From an uncultured Candidatus Saccharibacteria bacterium (lineage in GTDB: Bacteria; Patescibacteriota; Saccharimonadia; Saccharimonadales; JBBQAJ01): DNA of 41,741 nucleotides. The stretch covers positions 1 through 41,741 of the forward strand of contig CAZQHP010000002.1 of the NCBI GenBank assembly GCA_964593805.1, written 5' to 3'. The translations under genes and the position numbers were made by a program. This document shows, one piece after another, positions 1 through 13,212 of this stretch; position 1 is the stretch's first letter; every line of letters begins with the position of its first letter. The notes under the pieces were generated by a model. That model ran no database searches. It saw nothing but the letters and a program-made list of their open reading frames with translations, and was not told where the DNA came from.

Positions 1-628
<628 letters not shown>

Positions 629-797
629 AGTAGAATATGATCATGAAACAGTCGAACATGTAGCCTCCGAAGAGGTTACACTGACTTAATTTTCAAAAAA
701 CAATTCAAATGAACTGACGTTGATTTGCACTATATAAGTTTTTAACGTTCGCCGCTTTGAAGACACCACACAGGCGATCCCACAAAGCGAGAAGTAC

Positions 798-826
798 ATC
801 TTATCTGTTATAAGCTATTGTGTCAA
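798..826 (-). promoter_or_regulatory. Candidate sigma70-type promoter of the rRNA operon
   Basis: On the minus strand this reads TTGACA (826-821), a 17-nt spacer, then TAAGAT (803-798). It lies about 170 nt upstream of the 16S 5' end and downstream of the stop of the preceding ORF. Confidence 0.5.
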
Positions 827-889
827 CTATATAATTGGCAACTTAAGCAGTAGCATTTACAACAGTATACGTGGTAGTTATTTGTTGTT

Positions 890-1285
890 TTATAGCGACA
901 TCAGAAAGTTTGACAGCATATTCTGTAGAGGTTTTTTCACATCTTTGGGGATAACTAAATCTGAAGTTCCATGCCGTATAAACTTATTCGCGCCGGGGTG
1001 GCTAGACAAAACAGCTCGGGGCGTTCCATGGGCGTCGGACAAATCTATAAGGAGTTGTCCTGGGAACCGCCAACATCCTGAGCGCGACGAAAACTCCATT
1101 ATCCCCAAGGCCGTGACCAGCGCCCCCACACGTTCATCAAAATGCCCTAGCGCATCGTGGGGGTTTTTAAACGCCAGCGAATCCCAGCCAGCCTGGTCGG
1201 CACTTTCAGTGGCAATTTTACGAAATGTGTCATTGTGATAATCATCAAATATCAGTACCCGACTCAAGCTCTCACCTGCTGCCAT
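890..1285 (-). CDS. Small CheY/receiver-like single-domain protein (131 aa), apparently atypical
   Basis: The ORF lies 61 nt downstream of gyrA on the same strand. It has a receiver-like pattern: RVLIFDDY (acidic pair), AVLSSH (Thr/Ser position) and DLVIPKD (Lys position). No Asp is evident at the expected phospho-acceptor position (ALVTALGIME). Confidence 0.35.
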   Translation of the reverse strand: MAAGESLSRVLIFDDYHNDTFRKIATESADQAGWDSLAFKNPHDALGHFDERVGALVTALGIMEFSSRSGCWRFPGQLLIDLSDAHGTPRAVLSSHPGANKFIRHGTSDLVIPKDVKKPLQNMLSNFLMSL

Positions 1286-1346
1286 TCCAACTCCTTTGTT
1301 GCAATAGATATAAACCCGTTAGCTGGAATTTGCAAGCAGCAGCAGT

Positions 1347-5916
<4,570 letters not shown>

Positions 5917-6055
5917 TTACTTGTTAGTTTCGCCTCACTTATCCACCATTATAGACGAATTTGGGGTCCAAAACAACTGTTTGGGCTTGTTTGAACACAT
6001 GGTTTTATGGTTCAATAAGCATGAGCCTTTATATAAGAAAAATATACAAAAAATT

Positions 6056-7642
6056 ATGTTCAAAAAACTGCTCGGCAACCTCCCCTTCAACCCAAGCCTA
6101 ATAGGCCAAGTTTCATTTTATGCTCGGCGTATGAAGCGCGAATCCAGCGTACGCCGCATAGGCCTGGTTTTCATGGTTTTGGCCATGGGCGTGCAGCTTT
6201 TGGCCGCCGCGTCACCAGCGGAGGCTACACTAAGATGTTCAACCAACGATATTATTGATTGCGGCTTTACCACCAAAGAACAGGCGGTATTGCACTGTCT
6301 GAATGGCAGCCTGGATTTCTTTGAGATTCTGACTTATTACGGACTCGGCTGCGATAGCGTAAACGGCGCGGAAGATACGTATATATACTCAAACGCCGAT
6401 AACTATTATTCGCTTGGCCGCAATCCGGTATCGAACCCCAGTCCAAGAAACGGCAAAAACTGGGATATGGACACCGTAACCATTCCTGGCGTTACCCAAA
6501 CACTATATGTGAAAGATTTGCAGTATTGGGACAGCGGAGCTTACTCCAAATACCACGTATTAAAAATCACCAAAAAAGACGGTACGGTTATAATGATCAT
6601 GTACGACTGCGGCAACATCGTTACCATTGGGAAATATTCCCCGCCACAGCTGCCGCCACCGGTGTCTCCGCCTCCCGTTGTACTCCCCAAAGCTATAAGC
6701 TGCACAAATCTGGTAATGAATGTGGCCGACGGCTCCAAGATAAAACTTGGCGGCAAAGTAACTGTTCGCGGGCAAGCGGCCGGCCAAAACATACCAGCCG
6801 GCCAAAAAGTAGATATGCAATATGACTTTGTAAACAGTGCTGGGAAAGTTCTAGCAACCAATAAATCAATAGGTGTTCCTTTCCAGGGCACGGTGGCTAA
6901 TGATTCGAAAACATACACCTATTCCAGCGACACTGCTGGCCAGTACACAATACGCTTGACCGTAAAATACGATTCAACCAAAACGGCTGCTGGTAGCGCC
7001 AGCGGCAACTGCGTAAAACGTATAACTATTGAAAGGCCGTGTGAAGACGTCAAAACTACCGGCGACCTGGAGCTTTGCTTGGTACTACACAAAGCCGCTA
7101 AAAACACTACCGCGAATATCGCGAACGCCAATGGCACAACTGCCAAGGCAGATGACGTTGTTGAATACACATTGTCCGTTACTAATTCTGGCAAGGTAAC
7201 CGTGCCGAAATTTGTTATCAAAGAAAACATGAGCGACGTACTGGAGTATGCTAACATCACTGATTTGCACGGAGGCCAGTTAGACAAAGACAACTATATT
7301 TTCTGGCCAGCCGTAGATGTGAAACCTAGCCAGACTATCCAAAAACTCATCACAGTGCGCGTGAAAAACCCAGTCCCAGCTACACCCGTTTCCACGTCAG
7401 ATCCAGGGTCATTCAACCTGATTATGACGAACGTATATGGCGACAGCGTCAACATCAATTTACCCGGAAGCATTATAAAGCAGGTTGAACTTACAACGAC
7501 TCTGCCGAATACCGGGCCGGGAGAAAACTTGGCAATTGGCTTTACGTTGACAGCAGTTATTGGTTACTTCTTTGCCAGAAGCAGATTATTCGCAACAGAA
7601 CTGGACATTGTCCGCCAAGATTTTAGCAATGGAGGATCGTAA
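6056..7642 (+). CDS. LPXTG-anchored cell-surface protein with a proline-rich linker and a DUF11/CARDB-like repeat region
   Basis: The C-terminus is LPNTGPGENLAIGFTLTAVIGYFFARSRL, i.e. LPXTG, a hydrophobic helix and a basic tail. An N-terminal signal/anchor (RRIGLVFMVLAMGVQLLAAASPAEA) is present. VEYTLSVTNSGKVTV is typical of DUF11-type repeats. The start is set at ATG 6056, because the ORF-track start at 5894 would overlap the gyrB start. An alternative start is at the MKRESS position. Confidence 0.7.
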   Translation: MFKKLLGNLPFNPSLIGQVSFYARRMKRESSVRRIGLVFMVLAMGVQLLAAASPAEATLRCSTNDIIDCGFTTKEQAVLHCLNGSLDFFEILTYYGLGCDSVNGAEDTYIYSNADNYYSLGRNPVSNPSPRNGKNWDMDTVTIPGVTQTLYVKDLQYWDSGAYSKYHVLKITKKDGTVIMIMYDCGNIVTIGKYSPPQLPPPVSPPPVVLPKAISCTNLVMNVADGSKIKLGGKVTVRGQAAGQNIPAGQKVDMQYDFVNSAGKVLATNKSIGVPFQGTVANDSKTYTYSSDTAGQYTIRLTVKYDSTKTAAGSASGNCVKRITIERPCEDVKTTGDLELCLVLHKAAKNTTANIANANGTTAKADDVVEYTLSVTNSGKVTVPKFVIKENMSDVLEYANITDLHGGQLDKDNYIFWPAVDVKPSQTIQKLITVRVKNPVPATPVSTSDPGSFNLIMTNVYGDSVNINLPGSIIKQVELTTTLPNTGPGENLAIGFTLTAVIGYFFARSRLFATELDIVRQDFSNGGS

Positions 7643-7646
7643 AACT

Positions 7647-8222
7647 ATGAGCGAAAAACATATACCCCGGCTTGAGCATGGTGAAGCTCATGAAAAAGTC
7701 GTCACCAATGAACACCAAAAACGAGCGCAAGAACTTATAGCAGAACACGCCGACCGTGCACGCCAGGAAAAGTCTGCCGAAAACCTAGTAAAGATACAGG
7801 AAATGGCAAAAATAGAGGCGCAGGAAGCCAAGAAAATTGTCGCCGAAGAACAGCCCGACAACGAAACAGATTCAATGCTTGGCATGCAGCATTCTTTGAA
7901 GTCCACGGCTTATAAACGCACTTTGGCTAACACCCGGCAAAAGCTATCCAAACCGGTGCGGGTTTTTAGCCGCATCGCGCATAGTCCTATGGTAGATAAA
8001 ATTAGTTCAGTCGGCGCCGAAACGGTTGCCCGGCCATCTGGTATTTTGGGGGGCAGTATTTGTGCTTTCCTGGGAAGCCTGACCGTTTATTATTTCGCTA
8101 AGCACTATGGGTTTAGATACAATTACTTGCTCGTGTTTATTCTGTTTATTGGCGGCTATATAATTGGCGCATTACTGGAACTAGCCGTATGGTTTGCTTA
8201 CACCCGGAAGCAGCGCTACTAG
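7647..8222 (+). CDS. Hypothetical membrane protein with a charged coiled N-terminal half and two C-terminal TM helices
   Basis: ATG 7647 is preceded by GGAGG (7631-7635). C-terminal hydrophobic segments are GILGGSICAFLGSLTVYYF and LLVFILFIGGYIIGALLELAVWF. No recognisable family. Confidence 0.5.
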   Translation: MSEKHIPRLEHGEAHEKVVTNEHQKRAQELIAEHADRARQEKSAENLVKIQEMAKIEAQEAKKIVAEEQPDNETDSMLGMQHSLKSTAYKRTLANTRQKLSKPVRVFSRIAHSPMVDKISSVGAETVARPSGILGGSICAFLGSLTVYYFAKHYGFRYNYLLVFILFIGGYIIGALLELAVWFAYTRKQRY

Positions 8223-11050
8223 TTAGAGTCTGGCGGGCGTAAGTTGCCTTCTCTGTCAATGTAAATAGTGTCCTCTGATTTATCGTCGTTCGCGCCGCTC
8301 TTCCGCACGTTGAGTTCCCCGTCAACTTTAGTCGTACTGGCAACCGGAGGGCTGGAGGGCTGGGCAGGTTTTGCCTCAGTCATGGTTGCAGCCTGTGGGA
8401 CGGCGTTGACTGAAGTCTGAGATGTACTACCGGGCTGGGCTGCAGGAACAGACACCCGCCGTTTGGCAAGCCATTCATCAAGAAAAGATGAGCCGCTTCC
8501 TGCGGTTTTGGGCGCCGGAGTACCAAAAGCTGGGGCAGATGAATTGGCTCCGAAAGCTCCTGGACTAGACCCTGCGTTACTCCCAAAGCTAGGTTTGGCC
8601 ATGATGGTTTTCATACGCTCGCTAATCTCTTGGTCGACTATAGCTCGTGGGCGTCCAAATTTTGCCGCCGACAGCTGCATAAGAGCTTGCGATAGCTTAG
8701 CATTCGGCGTGCCCAGCGACGGCAGAGCGGCCATGCTAAAGGGTTGGGTTGGAACGCCATTTATAAGTGTACGTACAATTGCGTTGTAGTTGGGAACCCT
8801 CAGCAGGTCGTCCGGCTCAAATATAGGCCTAAAGTACCTGGAAAGTGCCTCTACGTCATTCTGGCCTACGCGGAAAGATATGATAGTACCCATGTTGCCG
8901 AACACAGCATCGCGGATTTCTTCACTCAGCTGGGTGGTGAACTGGTTGGCGACTATTAGGTTTAGCCGGTACTTGCGCGCTTCGGACATGATGGTAGCAA
9001 AAGAATCGGTAGAAAAGTTCTGAAACTCATCCACATACAGGCAAAAATCAGGCCGCTCAGATTCTTCCACATTGGCTCGGCTCATAGCTGCCGCCTGGAA
9101 TTTCATCACAAAAATCATGCCAAGTAGCCGAGCATTTAGTTCTCCGGTACGGCCTTTACTCAGATTAACCAATAGAATTTTTTTGTTATCCATGATGTCG
9201 CGCAAATCAAAAGCACTCTTTGTCTGGCCGATTATATTGCGCATCATGCTGTTGGATAAAAACGCGCCAAACTTGCTCACGAACCAGCTGACTACTTCGC
9301 CAAACTCGTTTGAACGCTGCGATTGGGGCATTTCTTTTTGCCAGAATTCCAAAACGGTTGGGTCAGTCACATACTGCAGTTTTTGCTTTACAAATTCCGG
9401 ATCGCGAAAGAGCTTGGGTATGTCTATGAATGTGCCGCCGGCCGGATCCGCCATGACTGTCAGGGCGGCATTTCTAAACAAGTGTTCGTAGCGCGGACCA
9501 ATAATTCCCTGGTGCTGCGGGTCATAGAGCTTATAGAGCATGTTTATGGCTTCCTGTATCAAAAAGTCCTTTTGATCGCTTGTATCGGCCTCAAAAAGGT
9601 TAAGTCCCAGCGGGTAGTCCGTTTCTGCTGGACAGAAGTAAATCACATCTTCCGTACGCTCGCGCGGCACCATGGCAAGCAGGCGTTCGGCTGTATCGCC
9701 GTGCGGATCTATAAACGCGAAGCCATCGCCGTTTAACATATCTTGAAGCGCCAGATTTTCCAGAAAGACCGATTTACCCACGCCGGTTTGTCCAACTACG
9801 TACATGTGCCGGCGGCGATCTTCCAAATCCAACCGGATGGCTTTTTTGGCTCCACGGAAGATGTTGTAGCCGAGCAAAAGCCCGTCGTCCGGCATGTTGC
9901 GAGGACCATCAACTTGCTTACTGGCCTGGCGTTCCAGCTGGCTGGTCGGTATGTTCTTTTGGTCGGGAAAATGGAACATGGTGGCAAGCTCTACTGTGTT
10001 TAAGATGTTCTGGTTATTTTCCTGTGGGAAAAATCTTAATATATAAGCCGTTACAAACCGCTCTATATCTTTAGCAGATGTGTATTTAAAACCGTTCCTG
10101 CCAGGGGCATCAAACAATGCGAATGTTGCCACAACATTGTTCAAGATTGCCTGCGCCCGTTGCGATATATTAGAAGACGCCACCACGCGAATCAGCACTT
10201 CGTAGCCCGCGTGTCTGGTTTTGTCATCAATAGCATCAAGCGTGTTTTGGTCTAATGAGGACAAATCGTGTTTATCACCCCCGCTATCGCCACTTTTGTC
10301 TTCTGGCGGCTTAACCGCAGCCACAAACAACTGCCTTATCCACCAAAATGCTAGTTCGCTGCCTTTTTTGCTTTCGCTGCCTTTGCGCTTTTTGCTCGCA
10401 ATTGCCTGCGCGTGCTTACGCCAGCCAGATGCCGCCGGCCGCAGCATGATTTGTATGCCTGCCCCATCGTCTTTTTCAAGAGTAGATAGGGCGTTTAGCA
10501 TAGATTGTATCGCGTCTCGCTTGAGATCTTGGAAGGTGGCAATCGGGTAAGCAAATGGCTCTTTAAGAGTGAGTTCACCGCCCATGGTGCCGCTAATTTT
10601 GCCTACGGGGCTAAAGATATTGTGTTCAGGAACCTCTTCTAGCCGAGCGGTTGGATAGGCGCTGACAATTGCTTGGCGAACTACGTCAACCAAGGCCACA
10701 GGTACTGCTGCATAGAAGCTAACGAAACCTTTTGAACCTACAATCTCAAACGCAATATGCCGCTGGCCGTAAAAACGGCTCTTGAAGCCCTTTTGCAAGG
10801 TGCTAGCAATAATGTCATACATAATCTGAGCTTTACTAATATTCTCTTCGTTTACGTCTCTGGCATCACGATTGCTTCCTTCCACATCTTCGCTCAGTGG
10901 CGGCAAGTGTATCAGTAGCGGTACCATTTTGAGCCCGCGTTCAAAATTTTTCTGTTCGCGGAATATTTTGCGCACCTGGAAAAAAACAATCGGTCCGCCA
11001 ACAACCAAAAGCAGTGCTATAACACCTAGCGAAGTCATAATAATGCTCAT
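8219..11050 (-). CDS. Membrane-anchored VirD4/TraG/TraD-like (type IV coupling protein family) P-loop ATPase with a low-complexity C-terminal tail
   Basis: 943-aa ORF with an N-terminal TM helix, Walker A VVGQTGVGKS, Walker B YVDEFQNF and a TraD/VirD4-like core (FIDPHGD, LVNLSKG). The C-terminus is Gly/Ser/Ala/Pro-rich with FG dipeptides (SFGSNAGSSPGAFGANSSAPAFGTPAP). Confidence 0.6.
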   Translation of the reverse strand: MSIIMTSLGVIALLLVVGGPIVFFQVRKIFREQKNFERGLKMVPLLIHLPPLSEDVEGSNRDARDVNEENISKAQIMYDIIASTLQKGFKSRFYGQRHIAFEIVGSKGFVSFYAAVPVALVDVVRQAIVSAYPTARLEEVPEHNIFSPVGKISGTMGGELTLKEPFAYPIATFQDLKRDAIQSMLNALSTLEKDDGAGIQIMLRPAASGWRKHAQAIASKKRKGSESKKGSELAFWWIRQLFVAAVKPPEDKSGDSGGDKHDLSSLDQNTLDAIDDKTRHAGYEVLIRVVASSNISQRAQAILNNVVATFALFDAPGRNGFKYTSAKDIERFVTAYILRFFPQENNQNILNTVELATMFHFPDQKNIPTSQLERQASKQVDGPRNMPDDGLLLGYNIFRGAKKAIRLDLEDRRRHMYVVGQTGVGKSVFLENLALQDMLNGDGFAFIDPHGDTAERLLAMVPRERTEDVIYFCPAETDYPLGLNLFEADTSDQKDFLIQEAINMLYKLYDPQHQGIIGPRYEHLFRNAALTVMADPAGGTFIDIPKLFRDPEFVKQKLQYVTDPTVLEFWQKEMPQSQRSNEFGEVVSWFVSKFGAFLSNSMMRNIIGQTKSAFDLRDIMDNKKILLVNLSKGRTGELNARLLGMIFVMKFQAAAMSRANVEESERPDFCLYVDEFQNFSTDSFATIMSEARKYRLNLIVANQFTTQLSEEIRDAVFGNMGTIISFRVGQNDVEALSRYFRPIFEPDDLLRVPNYNAIVRTLINGVPTQPFSMAALPSLGTPNAKLSQALMQLSAAKFGRPRAIVDQEISERMKTIMAKPSFGSNAGSSPGAFGANSSAPAFGTPAPKTAGSGSSFLDEWLAKRRVSVPAAQPGSTSQTSVNAVPQAATMTEAKPAQPSSPPVASTTKVDGELNVRKSGANDDKSEDTIYIDREGNLRPPDSN

Positions 11051-11063
11051 TCCAGCCGCCTAC

Positions 11064-11477
11064 TTAACTTTCGCTTGTTTTAAGGTCTTTGTTGTAGCGT
11101 TTTTTTAAATAATCCGCTTTAACTTTATTCATCTCGCTGTTTTGAGTATGGGGGTCGTCTTTGGTCTGAGCCACGATAGCCTTGGCTCTTACCACCCATT
11201 CCTTCTCTATTAGGTCGGCATCATCAGCAATCAAGGCAGTTGTTTGAGGATTTATTTGAGTAGCTGGCGTTCCCGTTGCCCCAACCGGCTGCAAAGCTAG
11301 CGGATCGGTTATGGCGGCTGTTTTAGACTGCTGCGCCGGTGGCGAGGTTTTGGGCATTCGCATTCCGCGCGCCTCTGGTTGGACGGCGGGGTTATTTTCA
11401 GGGATGGCTTGATTACTTACCTCTTGTGGTTGAGGCAACTCCGCAAACGACCCAGAATTGTTAGACTCGTGTTCCAT
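11064..11477 (-). CDS. Hypothetical protein (137 aa) with a Pro/Gln-rich N-terminal half and a charged helical C-terminal half
   Basis: The ORF sits immediately upstream of the coupling-ATPase gene on the same strand. An extended -10 (TGgTATAAT, reverse complement of 11486-11494) lies 8 nt from the ATG. Confidence 0.45.
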   Translation of the reverse strand: MEHESNNSGSFAELPQPQEVSNQAIPENNPAVQPEARGMRMPKTSPPAQQSKTAAITDPLALQPVGATGTPATQINPQTTALIADDADLIEKEWVVRAKAIVAQTKDDPHTQNSEMNKVKADYLKKRYNKDLKTSES

Positions 11478-11531
11478 TGAAGACCATTATACCAATAATA
11501 TCCCTGTTAGCACTAGTAGAATAGTAATTGT

Positions 11532-11891
11532 TTATTTATGCAGGAAATCAGCCCGCCATATATACAGCCAGAACAAGACCGCAAAGATACCGGTTAGCAG
11601 ACTATCTCTCCATGTAAGCTGATTTAACGATTGGAGTAGCAGCAATACAACCCCAAAAGAAGCAATACTAAGAGCTATTATTTTACTTAAATAGCTATTT
11701 TTTTGTTTTTTACCCAAAATAAGCACTGCGGCAACCAGCTGGTAAAAGATAAGGCCCAGCAACATAAATGGCACGATTAAAAGTGGTAGAGCTACTGTAT
11801 TGGGATCTGTCACTAAAACAAAACCCATAAAACACCCCGTTACAGAGGTTATTACAAAAAGTTTGTTCAGAAATAGATTTTTTGCACTCAT
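11532..11891 (-). CDS. Hypothetical small integral membrane protein (119 aa, about 4 TM helices)
   Basis: Four hydrophobic segments are visible in the translation. No CrcB or SMR signature residues were seen. Confidence 0.45.
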   Translation of the reverse strand: MSAKNLFLNKLFVITSVTGCFMGFVLVTDPNTVALPLLIVPFMLLGLIFYQLVAAVLILGKKQKNSYLSKIIALSIASFGVVLLLLQSLNQLTWRDSLLTGIFAVLFWLYIWRADFLHK

Positions 11892-11899
11892 ATTAATAT

Positions 11900-11931
11900 A
11901 AAAATTGCACTACATATCTATTGTAGTGCAA
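11900..11931 (-). terminator. Terminator-like hairpin with a U-run, directly upstream of the 11891 start codon
   Basis: A perfect 10-bp stem (TTGCACTACA / TGTAGTGCAA, 11905-11914 / 11922-11931) with a 7-nt loop. On the minus strand it is followed by TTTTT (11904-11900), 9 nt before the ATG. Confidence 0.45.
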
Positions 11932-12964
11932 CCAGAGCTTTTTTTGGAGCCCGGACGGTAAATGCGCTCTTGTTAGTAAACTATGTAGCGCTTACCGTCC
12001 ATGGCTTTGACTGACCGTTCTCATTCTACCGGTAAGGTAGCGAGAGCGTTATCGGTTGCTACACCGTAGTTTGTAAGTTTTTGTGTTGGCTTACTGGACC
12101 TAATACTACTACTTTTGCTTTATTTGGTCAAGCATTAATTGTAGTTATATAAACTACATTACTTCTTTTATTTCGATTTAAGTGTTCATTAATCTATCAA
12201 AATATTAGTTGTCATTATAACATCTAATATTTTGCGCTAATGTTTCTGTTTTTTAAGTACTTTTAGCGGAGTGTGCGGGGCAAAATAGCAATGAAAAAAT
12301 ATCACTTTCATTATTTAAAACTGAACAATAATTTACGCCCTAACCCTTACTGGCCAAACCATCCAGTAAAGCTGCAAACATGTTGTTTTGGGGAGTAAAC
12401 CCCGCATATTTAGTGAAGTTTGAACAAATAATTGAATTTACTTCGGTAGTGTTAACCATATAGATACTGTGGCCGTTATTGCCCCGGCAAGACATACTAA
12501 CAAGCTTAGCGCCAATATTTTGCGCAAAGATTGCTAATATAATGTATTCTTCGTAATACAGCTATGGACTCTTAGCTAAGGTTACTAGACAAAACTAGCC
12601 ATATAATACTACTTACTCTTTGTGCCTGTACCAACTATGCTTCAAACAGCCCGTATTGTTATGTTAAGTGGCTCTATTTAATACCAGACGGCCCATAAAT
12701 CACAAATAATCCAGCTAGTACGTTAATGTATGCAGGCTGTAATGTGCCTAAAGACTTTATTTTCAGCCGATTCAACGCAAATGGATTAATTTTAGGCAGG
12801 CAAAAAGGTTTTTTAATTTTTACTACGGAGATGCCGTTCAAATGAACGCCTCACGGGTTAATTAATCTGAATTTTGGCACTGCCTAGGCTGCTGCGGAGC
12901 CCGCACGAATGATAAATTTGCGCCTCGAGTTATACACAGCCGCAATTTTCTAACCACAAACGTG

Positions 12965-12993
12965 TTGACATACTAAAACTGACTCGTTACTAT
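12965..12993 (+). promoter_or_regulatory. Candidate sigma70-type promoter inside the ORF-free gap
   Basis: TTGACA (12965-12970), a 17-nt spacer, then TACTAT (12988-12993). Confidence 0.4.
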
Positions 12994-13133
12994 TAGCTTG
13001 GCACTTGAATAAAAAAAGTGCTCAAAAACAAAAACGTATCTGTAACAACGGCTTCTCGCAAGCCGTTGTTCCATGAAAACCATCATGGAGCACAGAACGT
13101 TTGATCGACACAAAAAGCTAAAACAACAAATGC

Positions 13134-13161
13134 AAAACGGTCCGCCCAGGCGGGCCGTTTT
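13134..13161. terminator. GC-rich hairpin, a possible bidirectional terminator upstream of comM
   Basis: AAAACGGTCCGCC...GGCGGGCCGTTTT forms a stem of about 12 bp. T-rich sequence follows on both strands (GGAATTTT on plus; GCATTTGTTGTTTT on minus). Confidence 0.5.
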
Positions 13162-13212
13162 GGAATTTTAGACATAAGAAAACGTAAGAATTAGCTTACA
13201 ATAATTGCATAT

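Noticed and set aside
11892-13212. tmRNA, SRP RNA or 6S RNA as the explanation for the 1.3-kb gap. The same idea was considered for 26059-26934.
   Set aside because: On neither strand did I find a tRNA-like 3' end (T-arm GGTTCGA-type loop followed by an acceptor strand and CCA), a GGGG-type tmRNA 5' end, or the SRP domain IV GGAA/AGCAG motif. I cannot exclude divergent versions without a covariance-model scan.
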